Shown here in pieces: positions 27,079-36,150 of a stretch of DNA of 64,000 bases. The stretch lies in IMG/VR virus record IMGVR_UViG_3300008450_000013, positions 22,811 to 86,810 of that record; one strand, written 5' to 3'. Position 1 is the stretch's first letter. Each line of letters opens with the position of its first letter. A program made the translations under genes and the position numbers. The DNA is from a virus. A model generated the notes under the pieces. That model made no database searches and had not been told where the DNA came from. It saw only the letters and a program-made list of their open reading frames with translations.

Positions 27079-30000
27079 TGACTATAGCTTATTTTACTCC
27101 AAATGATGTAGACTACGTAGATCATTTTAACTTAATGGTAGATGCAGTCAATGCTGGAGGTGGTAGTAGTGGCACAGTTACTTCAGCTTCAGTTGTCTCT
27201 GCAAATGGTTTAGCAGGTACAGTGGCTAATCCTACAACAACTCCTGCCATCACCCTCACAACAACAGTGAATGGTATGGTAAAGGGCAATGGTACAGCTC
27301 TTAGTGCAGCTACAGCAGGAACAGATTATAGCGCAGGCACAGCAGCTCTTGCAACAGGTATTTTGAAGTCTACCACAACTACAGGTGGATTGACAATTGC
27401 TGTAGCTGGTGACTTTCCAACACTTAATCAAAACACGACAGGCACAGCAGCAATCTCCACAACAGCTACAACTACAAATGATGTAGCTACAGCAACGTCT
27501 GTTTATCCATTATGGTCTAGTGCTACAAGTGGTAATAACGCAGTTAAGACATCTAGCACAAAACTATCATTCGTTCCAAGTACAGGTGTGTTGACAGCAA
27601 CAGAATTTGCTGGTAGCGGGGCTTCTCTCACAAGTATCCCTAACACAGCTTTGACAAACAACTCTGTGACAATTGGTAGTACAAGCATAGCACTAGGTGC
27701 TACAGTTACGACATTCACAGGATTGTCCTCTGTCACATCAACAACATTTGTAGGTGCGCTTACAGGTAATGCTTCAACTGCCACAACAGCAGGTAATGTT
27801 ACAGGTGTAGTAGCTAGTGCTAATGGTGGTACAGGTGTGAATAATGGCGCTAGTACACTAACAATGGCTGGCAATCATGTGCTGTCCGGTGCATTCGTTT
27901 CTACGTTCACGTTCACTGGAACTACAGGAGTTACATTTCCTACAAGTGGTACATTGTTGTCAACAGCAGCAGCCGTAACTGTACCTCAAGGTGGTACTGG
28001 TCTGACATCTTTAACTTCTGGTAGCGTATTAGTTGGTGCTGGCACAAGTAGCCCTACGTTAGTGGCTCCAAGTACATCTGGTAATGTTCTTACAAGTAAT
28101 GGTACTACATGGGTATCTTCTCCCGCAACAGGTGGAGGTAGTGCTATCACTGTAAAGGACGAAGGCTCAACACTCACCAGCGCATTAACAAGTTTAGACT
28201 TCGTAGGCGCTGGTGTATCAGCGTCCAATACAGGTGGTGCTGTCACTGTCACAATCACAGGAGGTGGAGGTTCAGGGGGGACAGTGACTAGTGCTTCTGT
28301 AGTATCTGCTAATGGATTTGCAGGTTCTGTAGCTAATGCAACTACTACACCAGCTATCACATTGTCTACTACAATCTCAGGTATTCTACAAGGGAATGGA
28401 ACAGCTATTTCAGCAGCTACCACTACAGGCAGTGGTGATGTTGCATTAGCTACAAGTCCTACATTAATAACTCCTGTACTCGGTGTGGCTAGTGCAACAA
28501 CATTGAACAAGCTGGCATTCACTCAACCAGCTACAGGAGCTACACTAACAATTGCAGATGGAAAAACTCTAACTGCCAATAACACTGTAACATTTGCAGG
28601 TACAGATGGGTCTACTCTAAACTTTGGTACAGGAGGTACATTAGGTACTGCTGCTTACACAGCTTCTAGTGCTTACGCTGCTGCTGCAGGAGCTGCTACT
28701 ATTGTCACAGTTGGAACCGTTACAACAGGTACATGGAATGCTTCTGTTATTGCGGGACAATATGGTGGTACAGGAGTTAATAATTCTGGCAAGACAATCA
28801 CGTTAGGAGGTAATCATACTAACTCTGGTGCGTTTGCTAGTACGTTTACATTCACTGGTACAACTACTGTAACATTCCCTACAAGCGGTACTCTACTTTC
28901 TACAGCAGCAGCAGTCACAGTAGCGCAAGGTGGTACTGGTCTTGCAACACTGACAGCTAACAATGTGATGCTTGGCAATGGTACAAGTACGCCATTGTTT
29001 GTAGCTCCTAGTACCTCTGGGAATGTATTGACTAGCAATGGCACTACATGGACATCTGCAGCTCCATCAGGAGGCTCTAGTGGCAGTGCTTACATAACAA
29101 GAACATCTAACACAATTCTTGGAACAGGAGATGTTGGTGACTTCATTGATATCACGTCAGGTACGTTTACACAGACATTTACAGCAGCAGCTACACTAGG
29201 AAGCTCTTGGTTTGTGTGGTTACGCAACTCAGGAACAGGGGTTATTACACTTGACCCCAACGCATCTGAAACAATAGACGGTGTGGCTACAACGGTTATG
29301 TACCCTAATGAAGTTAGGAAAGTTCAGTGTACAGGGACTGCTTTTATATCAACAGTGGAAGTTCCATTCTTCTATCGCATTACCTCTTCAGCAACATTTA
29401 TTAAGCCTTCTGGATATTCTGTCATTGAATTAGAAGTTGTTGGAGGTGGAGGTGGTGGGGGTGGGGGACGTGGAGGCTCTGGAACAACAGCTAGAACTGG
29501 TGGAGGTGGTGGGGGTGGAGGTGCTTACGTCAGATACACACTATCAGGGTCAAATTTATCTGCTGGTTTTTGTCAAGTAGGTGCAGGAGGGTCGGGAGGT
29601 ACAACAAGTGGGGGTAATGGGTCAAATGGAGGGAGTTCTTATGCCATTGTTAGTGATTCTTCTTCGGCACACCAATTTCTTGTACAAGCATTTGGAGGAG
29701 GTGGAGGCACAGGTGCAGCAAGTACAGGTGCGGGAGGTGCTGGTGGAGGAGCTACCAGCGGTGCAAGCACGACAACTGCTGGAAATGGAAATCTAGTAGG
29801 ATACGACTCAGGGGCAAGTAGTTCTGCTGGTACTGTCTCTGGTGGCGGGGTTGGAGGAGACGGAGGTTCTACATCTGGATCAGATGGAGGAGTTTCAGCA
29901 TTTACCACTCAAGTAGGTGGCTGTGGAGGTGGTGGAGGTGGGGGTGTCAGTTCAACTGTGGCTGGAACAGGGGGTGTTGGGTTTGGTATTTTTAACTCAA

Positions 30001-30206
30001 CTGGTGCGGCTGCTAACACAGCATCTACAAAGATCAGAGGTGGTGGTGGTGGTGGCTCATCAGTTCTCTCAGGAACTTCAAACGCTGGTGGGGCTGGTTT
30101 CCTAGGTGGAGGCGGCGGAGGCGGCGGCTCTAACTACGCTGGTGCTACAGGAGGTGCTGGAGGTGCTGGTGGTTCTGGTTATATAGCTTTATGGGGAGTC
30201 ATCTAA
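27078..30206 (+). CDS. long tail fibre with internal repeats and a C-terminal glycine-rich domain
   Basis: GGTG repeats, GNVLTSNGTTW twice, poly-Gly C-terminus. Confidence 0.82.
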   Translation: MTIAYFTPNDVDYVDHFNLMVDAVNAGGGSSGTVTSASVVSANGLAGTVANPTTTPAITLTTTVNGMVKGNGTALSAATAGTDYSAGTAALATGILKSTTTTGGLTIAVAGDFPTLNQNTTGTAAISTTATTTNDVATATSVYPLWSSATSGNNAVKTSSTKLSFVPSTGVLTATEFAGSGASLTSIPNTALTNNSVTIGSTSIALGATVTTFTGLSSVTSTTFVGALTGNASTATTAGNVTGVVASANGGTGVNNGASTLTMAGNHVLSGAFVSTFTFTGTTGVTFPTSGTLLSTAAAVTVPQGGTGLTSLTSGSVLVGAGTSSPTLVAPSTSGNVLTSNGTTWVSSPATGGGSAITVKDEGSTLTSALTSLDFVGAGVSASNTGGAVTVTITGGGGSGGTVTSASVVSANGFAGSVANATTTPAITLSTTISGILQGNGTAISAATTTGSGDVALATSPTLITPVLGVASATTLNKLAFTQPATGATLTIADGKTLTANNTVTFAGTDGSTLNFGTGGTLGTAAYTASSAYAAAAGAATIVTVGTVTTGTWNASVIAGQYGGTGVNNSGKTITLGGNHTNSGAFASTFTFTGTTTVTFPTSGTLLSTAAAVTVAQGGTGLATLTANNVMLGNGTSTPLFVAPSTSGNVLTSNGTTWTSAAPSGGSSGSAYITRTSNTILGTGDVGDFIDITSGTFTQTFTAAATLGSSWFVWLRNSGTGVITLDPNASETIDGVATTVMYPNEVRKVQCTGTAFISTVEVPFFYRITSSATFIKPSGYSVIELEVVGGGGGGGGGRGGSGTTARTGGGGGGGGAYVRYTLSGSNLSAGFCQVGAGGSGGTTSGGNGSNGGSSYAIVSDSSSAHQFLVQAFGGGGGTGAASTGAGGAGGGATSGASTTTAGNGNLVGYDSGASSSAGTVSGGGVGGDGGSTSGSDGGVSAFTTQVGGCGGGGGGGVSSTVAGTGGVGFGIFNSTGAAANTASTKIRGGGGGGSSVLSGTSNAGGAGFLGGGGGGGGSNYAGATGGAGGAGGSGYIALWGVI

Positions 30207-30622
30207 TGAGATATGCAGTTATAGAAAATAACACAGTGGTGAATATAGCAATGGCTGATGCTGATTTTGCTACAGCTCAAGGGTGGGTTTTGCTAGAAGG
30301 TGAAAATTCATATGTTGAAATAGGAGTCTCCTACGTTGATGGAATTTTTTCTAACAATACTCCTCCTATTTTAGTGGTTGTGCCAGAATATGTAGCCATG
30401 TGGCAAGCAAGAGACTTTTTAATTGCTAATAATTTGTTGGATGATGTCCTCGCTGTAATAGACTCTATCCAAGACCCTGTAGCAAAGAAACGTGCTCAAA
30501 GTAAATTTGAGTTCTCTAACACAGTGCGAAGAGACGACCCTTTACTAAATTACGTTTGTACAAGTGCAGGGTTTTCTTCCGAGGATGTGGATAACTGGTT
30601 TATAGAGGCTAACCGCGCATGA
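30206..30622 (+). CDS. tail fibre assembly/associated protein
   Basis: MRYAVIENNTVVN...VPEYVAMWQAR...FEFSNTVRRDDP; ATG overlaps the fibre stop. Confidence 0.7.
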   Translation: MRYAVIENNTVVNIAMADADFATAQGWVLLEGENSYVEIGVSYVDGIFSNNTPPILVVVPEYVAMWQARDFLIANNLLDDVLAVIDSIQDPVAKKRAQSKFEFSNTVRRDDPLLNYVCTSAGFSSEDVDNWFIEANRA

Positions 30623-31155
30623 AAATAGCATTTTTCAAAGGTACTAAGTGTGGCATCAATGGTATTTACAACAAAGGTGTTAGGCGGATTGAGGACGGTT
30701 TGTACAGCCATTGCGAATTAATATTTTCCAATGGACTATCAGCGTCTTCATCGTTTATGGATGGCGGTGTAAGATTCAAAGAGATTGAATATGACTTAGA
30801 AAAATGGGACATATTTGAAATTCCTTGGGCTGATGAAAAGAGAGCTTTGGTCTACTTCACGCAACGTATTGGCAGACCTTATAACTTACGTGGTAACATA
30901 CATTTTGTATTTGGATTCATTAGAGGTGACTCTCATGGTGAATTCTGTTCGGAAGCTTGTGCAGGAGCTTTAGGATTGAGAAATCCTTGGCAGGTAGCTC
31001 CTAATGCACTAGCTAATATTGTGATGTTAATTAATGAAAGATTTGAAATGAATAAAAATTTAGTAAACTTAAAAGCAGACCCTGAGCCAACTAACCCAGA
31101 CGAAGGGTTTACAGGTGGAGGCTCGCCTCCTAAGAAGCCTCCGACAAATCCTTAA
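30619..31155 (+). CDS. permuted papain-like (NlpC/P60, YiiX-like) enzyme with Pro-rich C-terminal tail
   Basis: YSHCEL (His) precedes FCSE (Cys); GRPY motif. Confidence 0.75.
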   Translation: MKIAFFKGTKCGINGIYNKGVRRIEDGLYSHCELIFSNGLSASSSFMDGGVRFKEIEYDLEKWDIFEIPWADEKRALVYFTQRIGRPYNLRGNIHFVFGFIRGDSHGEFCSEACAGALGLRNPWQVAPNALANIVMLINERFEMNKNLVNLKADPEPTNPDEGFTGGGSPPKKPPTNP

Positions 31156-31163
31156 GGCTTAAT

Positions 31164-31577
31164 ATGACAGCAGCTATTTTAAATTATCTATGGGTATTAT
31201 ATCCTTGCATAATGATAGCTGCTGTGTACTTAAATAAAGCTAACGCTAATTCTTTGTTACTACTATTTTTTGTAGCTCTTACATTCTACTTCCCTGTCAG
31301 AATGATAGAGAATTATTATTTATGGTACGCAGTAGTTATATGTGCAGAACTTTCAATAATAGTTCTTTCAACTCAAATAAAATGTAATGCTAGTTTACCC
31401 ATACTTAGTATAACTTGCTTACTATTAATGAGTCACATTACATCTCTATTTGCAACAAACACAATCTTGTATAGCATTATTGCTAAGTACTTAGAACACC
31501 TTCAGATGCTCACATTCATAGTTGCATCACCATTACTTATAGAAAAATTGAAGAGGAAATTACGATGCCTAGTGTAG
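31164..31577 (+). CDS. multi-pass membrane protein (4-5 TM)
   Basis: Almost entirely hydrophobic; overlaps the next gene. Confidence 0.7.
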   Translation: MTAAILNYLWVLYPCIMIAAVYLNKANANSLLLLFFVALTFYFPVRMIENYYLWYAVVICAELSIIVLSTQIKCNASLPILSITCLLLMSHITSLFATNTILYSIIAKYLEHLQMLTFIVASPLLIEKLKRKLRCLV

Positions 31578-31927
31578 AAATTTGGTTGTGGGCGCTATCT
31601 GGAATATTTGCTGTAGCAGGAACTCTCATTACAGTGGTGTGGGCGTTACTCCGAGAGGAAGCAAAGGCACAAGCTGAACTTATTAAATCTAAAGCAGATC
31701 AAGTAAGACTGTCAGACGCTGAAACTAGGTGGAAAGAAGACCACAATCGTATGCGAGAAGATAATGAGAAGATGCGGGACAAACTTGAGGAGCGTCACTT
31801 GCGGGAGATAACACAAATGGAAACTCGACTTACTACGAAGATGGAGAGTTTAGAGCGCACTGTATTGAGTTCCAATAACAGCACAAATGAACTGATACGG
31901 GATTTAATAAAGGAGATGGCTAAATGA
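31565..31927 (+). CDS. putative holin (one N-terminal TM plus coiled coil)
   Basis: Topology and position directly upstream of the endolysin. Confidence 0.55.
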   Translation: MPSVEIWLWALSGIFAVAGTLITVVWALLREEAKAQAELIKSKADQVRLSDAETRWKEDHNRMREDNEKMRDKLEERHLREITQMETRLTTKMESLERTVLSSNNSTNELIRDLIKEMAK

Positions 31928-32379
31928 CGCAGTTATCTCCACACTTTACACTAGAGGAACTCGTTGCATCCTCTAAAGCCAAGACACTCAAAATAGATAA
32001 TACACCAACTCTAGAAGTCTTAGAGAACTTAAAGGCTCTTGCATTAGCTCTAGAAATGATTAGAAGCGGCTGTGGCAAGCCTTTAAAGATTTCTAGTGGG
32101 TATAGATCACCTGCCTTAAACAAAGCTGTAGGAGGCTCTAAAACGTCAATGCATACTCAAGGTTTGGCTGCTGACTTTACAGTATCTGGAATGACACCTA
32201 GACAAGTATGTGAGAAGATTGTAGCAGCAGGAATAAAAGTAGACCAACTCATACTCGAAAATATTTCAGCAGAATCCCCAGATGGCGTGTGGGTACATGT
32301 CGGATTGAGTAAAGGTGTTGTGAGAAATCAAGTGCTTACAATGAAAGCTGGTAAGTATTACGTAGGCTTAATTAAATAA
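31924..32379 (+). CDS. endolysin, peptidase M15 family
   Basis: SSGYRS, SMHTQGLAAD and WVHVG zinc-peptidase motifs. Confidence 0.9.
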   Translation: MTQLSPHFTLEELVASSKAKTLKIDNTPTLEVLENLKALALALEMIRSGCGKPLKISSGYRSPALNKAVGGSKTSMHTQGLAADFTVSGMTPRQVCEKIVAAGIKVDQLILENISAESPDGVWVHVGLSKGVVRNQVLTMKAGKYYVGLIK

Positions 32380-32388
32380 GGAAATAAT

Positions 32389-32736
32389 ATGTTACAGAAA
32401 ATCAAAGCAGCATGGGAAGTGTTGCAACTAGGGAAGTCATTAGCCAACCCTCAAAAATGGAAACGGAAACAGATAGAGGTCACAGCTCTTGGTGGCTTGT
32501 TTATCGGTGTAGCTCAATTAGCAAAGATGTTTAATTATGATATCTATCTCGATGAAGATACCGCTACAGCTTTTGCTGCTGCTATTATTGGTGCTGTCAA
32601 CTGGTATTTCACACTCGCAACTTCTACCAAAGTTGGAGTTGGCTCCAAATCAACAGGTGAAGCTCTACCAGAGCTGGCAGAAGCAGACACAATCTCAGTT
32701 CCTGTGGAGATTGTCGACCACAGCATCAACAAATAA
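32389..32736 (+). CDS. two-TM lysis-cassette membrane protein (holin-like)
   Basis: Two hydrophobic segments; follows the endolysin. Confidence 0.6.
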   Translation: MLQKIKAAWEVLQLGKSLANPQKWKRKQIEVTALGGLFIGVAQLAKMFNYDIYLDEDTATAFAAAIIGAVNWYFTLATSTKVGVGSKSTGEALPELAEADTISVPVEIVDHSINK

Positions 32737-32884
32737 GTGTCAATATAAAATAAAACCTCTTGTCTCATACAAGCCTTTTGTAGAGGCTATACAAGAGCAA
32801 GAGGAAATCAATAAAGAAACTGCTTTGAATATTCTGACTAATTCGTTTGAGGGAGTTAGATTCACAATGCATTGCAGATTCTAA
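32552..32884 (+). CDS. overlapping secreted protein, possible outer-membrane lysis component
   Basis: +1 frame inside the previous gene; signal peptide MKIPLQLLLLLLLVLSTGISHS; fills the gap to the terminator; no clear RBS. Confidence 0.5.
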   Translation: MKIPLQLLLLLLLVLSTGISHSQLLPKLELAPNQQVKLYQSWQKQTQSQFLWRLSTTASTNKCQYKIKPLVSYKPFVEAIQEQEEINKETALNILTNSFEGVRFTMHCRF

Positions 32885-32907
32885 TTTGTTTTAGTTGAGA
32901 GACTATT

Positions 32908-32941
32908 GAGAAGATATCCTTCACAGGACTCTTCTCTTTTT
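32908..32941 (+). terminator. terminator ending the late region
   Basis: GAGAAGA..TCCT/AGGA..TCTTCTC hairpin plus T5, between convergent genes. Confidence 0.65.
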
Positions 32942-32950
32942 ATTGCCTAA

Positions 32951-33205
32951 TTATTTACCACTAAAGAAACCAGTAGCTTTCATAATAGATGTAGCTACAG
33001 TAATTGCTTTGTTGAAAGCTGTAGCATAGTTCTCTTGACTAACATCTGTGGCAACAGAAGATACGTCTGACAACATCTCTTGCAGCAACTTCATCTTAGT
33101 AGCTCCTTGACCTGAAGTTGGAATTTGTGCTTCCAATACCTTCATTGCTTCAATGATGACTGGGATGAGTTGTAATACTAACTTTAGAATATTTAAAAAT
33201 GTCAT
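32951..33205 (-). CDS. small amphipathic protein, possibly LL-H holin-like
   Basis: Hydrophobic N-terminus then EAQIPTSGQGATK; AAGGAG RBS. Confidence 0.55.
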   Translation of the reverse strand: MTFLNILKLVLQLIPVIIEAMKVLEAQIPTSGQGATKMKLLQEMLSDVSSVATDVSQENYATAFNKAITVATSIMKATGFFSGK

Positions 33206-33216
33206 TTTGATTCTCC

Positions 33217-33390
33217 TTAATTAATTAAACCTAAAAGTGCTCCGAGAGGAAACACTAACACGCCGACAATTTTAAATGCAAACTTGGCTGTCAGCCCACC
33301 ATCATACATCTGAGTGATTTGGTAGATGTTCATACACCAACCTACAATCACTGTAACCCATAAAACAATCAAGAATAATGCTGTCTTCAT
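33217..33390 (-). CDS. small two-TM membrane protein (57 aa)
   Basis: Manual translation MKTALFLIVLW...VGVLVFPLGALLG; AGGAG RBS. Confidence 0.65.
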   Translation of the reverse strand: MKTALFLIVLWVTVIVGWCMNIYQITQMYDGGLTAKFAFKIVGVLVFPLGALLGLIN

Positions 33391-33398
33391 AGTTTCTC

Positions 33399-33782
33399 CT
33401 AAGATTCAATAATATTATTCAACACTTCAAACTCATCACCAAGAATAATCTTCTCTGCGACTTTCTCAGAAGCTCGTGCTTTAAAGTAAGCTGTCAAAAC
33501 TTTCAACTTATCCTTCTCTTCGTACTCACTACCCTTCGCAGCAGCTTCAATAGCCATCTTAATCTCTTTATCGATGGATTTCTTCTCTTGAATCACTTCA
33601 CCAGCATTCTCAAACTTCTCTAAGTAAGCTTTAGCAGCATCTTGAGCTTCTTTGACAGCAGCCATGAGGTCTAGATAACCTTCATCTGTCGCCTTAAAAT
33701 CTTTTATTAAGTCAGATTTTAAAGCACTCTGACGTAACAGAGTTTGGATTTCTGGATTATATTGTTTAATCTTTTCATTCAT
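33399..33782 (-). CDS. hypothetical helical protein
   Basis: AAGGAG RBS; coiled-coil composition. Confidence 0.75.
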   Translation of the reverse strand: MNEKIKQYNPEIQTLLRQSALKSDLIKDFKATDEGYLDLMAAVKEAQDAAKAYLEKFENAGEVIQEKKSIDKEIKMAIEAAAKGSEYEEKDKLKVLTAYFKARASEKVAEKIILGDEFEVLNNIIES

Positions 33783-33795
33783 TGTTTAGTTCTCC

Positions 33796-33984
33796 TTAGT
33801 TAGCTTCTTCATACATACTTGGTAAATCTTCTGCTGTGGTTTCTTCCCACTCATCCATACCTTCCCAACGTTCACCATAGCCACACCAATTATCCACACC
33901 AGCTCCTTGTAGTGCTGTCAGTTCACGACTGTCTGACAACAAACTTAACAGCTCTTGTTCCTCAACTTTGTAATACTTCGTCAT
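33796..33984 (-). CDS. small acidic hypothetical protein (GVDNW motif)
   Basis: AAGGAG RBS. Confidence 0.7.
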   Translation of the reverse strand: MTKYYKVEEQELLSLLSDSRELTALQGAGVDNWCGYGERWEGMDEWEETTAEDLPSMYEEAN

Positions 33985-34163
33985 TATTTATTCTCCTTAG
34001 TTAATTTATTACACGTTAAACACTTGCTCTCAACAATGATGGTGTTCCTGTCAGGATTCATATTGACTCCTTCGCTATTGTAAATAGGAGGGTAATACGC
34101 ACATGTCATTGTCTGAGCTGTTTGCATTATACGACATTTATATGGTGTTTGACAAGTATTCAT
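33984..34163 (-). CDS. small Cys-containing protein (59 aa)
   Basis: Manual translation MNTCQTPYKC...AYYPPIYN...NPDRN...KCLTCNK; coupled overlaps at both ends. Confidence 0.6.
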   Translation of the reverse strand: MNTCQTPYKCRIMQTAQTMTCAYYPPIYNSEGVNMNPDRNTIIVESKCLTCNKLTKENK

Positions 34164-34360
34164 TTCTTCAAATCTTCAATAACAGACAAGAAATATGGTG
34201 TAGCATCTGCACCATAATCTTCCTCATCTTCAAACAACAAACGATAGGCTTCATTCATAAACTCATCAGGGGCTTCACGATAACGTCTATCCCATTCTGT
34301 GAATGCTGCTTGAATTTCTCCTACTGTTAATGTTACTACTGAGTCTTTTGTAATGGTCAT
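34160..34360 (-). CDS. hypothetical protein
   Basis: AAGGAG RBS. Confidence 0.7.
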   Translation of the reverse strand: MTITKDSVVTLTVGEIQAAFTEWDRRYREAPDEFMNEAYRLLFEDEEDYGADATPYFLSVIEDLKK

Positions 34361-34525
34361 TATTTCTTCTCCTTAAATGTTTCATAACTACGTGTCAAAT
34401 AGACATCATAGGCTTCAATCAAATCCTTCATAACATCCTTCCAAACCCATTTCCATCCAATGTACAGACAATAACCAACTGTACTTACTACAAGCAATCC
34501 CCCTACCAATACTGCAAATACCACC

Positions 34526-34783
34526 TCAAAAAAATTCATCTCTGCCCCCTAAGTTTTGTATTGTGATGTATTCCCAACCTGCTAAACCTGCTTCAATGAT
34601 ATTTGAAGCTTCTGCATCCTCTTCCTGTACACCCTTCCAAATCCAATCAAGTTCTTTAAGTACAATATCTTCGATTGCCTCTTCAGTCATAGAATCTGGC
34701 ACAGCAAACACTTCCTCATTACTGTTGCCTCCAAACTGACCATTCATGTCATACTCACACCACACTTTAATGTATCCCATCAC
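34526..34783 (-). CDS. acidic hypothetical protein
   Basis: AAGGAGG RBS. Confidence 0.7.
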   Translation of the reverse strand: MMGYIKVWCEYDMNGQFGGNSNEEVFAVPDSMTEEAIEDIVLKELDWIWKGVQEEDAEASNIIEAGLAGWEYITIQNLGGRDEFF

Positions 34784-35205
34784 TCATCCTCCTTTTTAAA
34801 TTTACGGTAACAGTTCTTGACGAATACAACAACCCTCTTTACCACTTCCAAACGTTTCAACTCTGACATTGGCATTACAATCTTTGCATGGTCACTACTC
34901 TCAGGAGATATTAGAAAATACTTCCCACAATGGCTCACTTCCGCATGAAACTTGGTGAAATACTTACCGCTACCAATCCTGTTATTCTTACTATGCTTAC
35001 GTCTTTCATTCCACACTTTGAAGCGAAACTTAAACGGGTAGTGAGCTGTATCCTTCGTCTCAAGGATAATAGCTTCAAGAGCATCATACTCTGAATCAAA
35101 CACCTTTGCAATACGTTCTCTTGCAAGCCTGTGAGATTCTTTCCACTTCTCTTTGTTCTCAGGGTTCTGCCAGTATTCGGTGCTACGCTTGTTCATTCTC
35201 ATCAT
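34780..35205 (-). CDS. basic hypothetical protein
   Basis: Packed within the operon. Confidence 0.65.
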   Translation of the reverse strand: MMRMNKRSTEYWQNPENKEKWKESHRLARERIAKVFDSEYDALEAIILETKDTAHYPFKFRFKVWNERRKHSKNNRIGSGKYFTKFHAEVSHCGKYFLISPESSDHAKIVMPMSELKRLEVVKRVVVFVKNCYRKFKKEDE

Positions 35206-35383
35206 CCTCTACAAGCTTTAACCATCCTTCTGATACACCTGTAGCTACAACATCATCTGTGTAGTACCTTGTGAAGCCAAATCCACGCTTGATGATTGTT
35301 GTGGGGAGTCCGTCTATTACAGAGTGATAATACTCAAAGATTTCACCTGTGTCAACAAACATTGCTTTCTGTATTTTCTTCAT
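35183..35383 (-). CDS. hypothetical protein
   Basis: AGGAG RBS. Confidence 0.65.
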   Translation of the reverse strand: MKKIQKAMFVDTGEIFEYYHSVIDGLPTTIIKRGFGFTRYYTDDVVATGVSEGWLKLVEDDENEQA

Positions 35384-35391
35384 AGATTCTC

Positions 35392-35580
35392 CTAGCTCAT
35401 GCGTTTCCAGATTCCTCTGTCCAACAAACTTTCAACTTCTTCAGGGTCGTAGGTAAAACTAGAATTAACAACTCCATTTATAACTGAAGCTATATCCCAA
35501 ACGATAAACTCATCTGTGTGACTATCATAATAAGCTTCACATAAAACACCTTCTGAGTCTGTAAATTTCCATGAGTGCAT
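35392..35580 (-). CDS. hypothetical protein
   Basis: AGGAG RBS; first ORF after a promoter. Confidence 0.65.
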   Translation of the reverse strand: MHSWKFTDSEGVLCEAYYDSHTDEFIVWDIASVINGVVNSSFTYDPEEVESLLDRGIWKRMS

Positions 35581-35600
35581 ATTATTCTCCTAAGTTGATT

Positions 35601-35639
35601 GAAGGCTCTATTATGAACGTAGAGCCTTCCTTTTGTCAA
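35601..35639 (-). promoter_or_regulatory. promoter with -10 inside a 10-bp inverted repeat
   Basis: TTGACA-18-CATAAT; GAAGGCTCTA/TAGAGCCTTC. Confidence 0.65.
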
Positions 35640-35662
35640 GATTTATTCACTACGTTCATGAA

Positions 35663-35884
35663 TTATTTCAACATTTCTTGCAGTCCTTTGAAACCACCTT
35701 GGACATACAATTGAGTGCCTTGGTAGATTTGAGGGAACGAGCGATGACCTTGTGCGACAATGAAATCGAAGGCTTCAAAATCTTCATCACAGTTCTTCAC
35801 GACAAACTCAATACCTTTTGACTTCAATAAGGCTTTAGCACTTTCACATGCAGCACAGTTATTTCTACTATAAACAGTTATCAT
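35663..35884 (-). CDS. glutaredoxin (NrdH-like)
   Basis: CAAC and RSFPQI motifs; downstream of nrdA. Confidence 0.9.
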   Translation of the reverse strand: MITVYSRNNCAACESAKALLKSKGIEFVVKNCDEDFEAFDFIVAQGHRSFPQIYQGTQLYVQGGFKGLQEMLK

Positions 35885-36135
35885 TTATATTTCTCCATAT
35901 CATCTGCTAAAAATCCTAAGTGGTGGTTGTGAGCTGATACTACAGTTTCCATTATATACTCTTTGAACCCATTTAAATCTGTAGTAATTAAAGGGTTGTC
36001 GTGATATTGCGAAGACAAATAACAAGTTAGAATTTCAGCGTTTATGTTTATTAAGTCTATAACGGACATGCCACGGACATTCATGACTTTCTCACTGTTC
36101 TTTAATACCTCTTTGTATTTTTCTGTACTTAACAT
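35881..36135 (-). CDS. hypothetical protein
   Basis: Between nrdA and glutaredoxin; ATGA overlap. Confidence 0.65.
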   Translation of the reverse strand: MLSTEKYKEVLKNSEKVMNVRGMSVIDLININAEILTCYLSSQYHDNPLITTDLNGFKEYIMETVVSAHNHHLGFLADDMEKYK

Positions 36136-36150
36136 TTATTCCCTTTCTAA

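Noticed and set aside
17221-29908. Many antisense ORFs (e.g. 17221-17985, 27986-28522) opposite the tape measure and fibre genes
   Set aside because: Shadow frames caused by codon bias of the sense genes; no RBS or motifs
29440-30180. GGT/GGA-rich tracts as DNA repeats or G-quadruplex elements
   Set aside because: Fully explained by glycine codons of the fibre tip, with varied third positions
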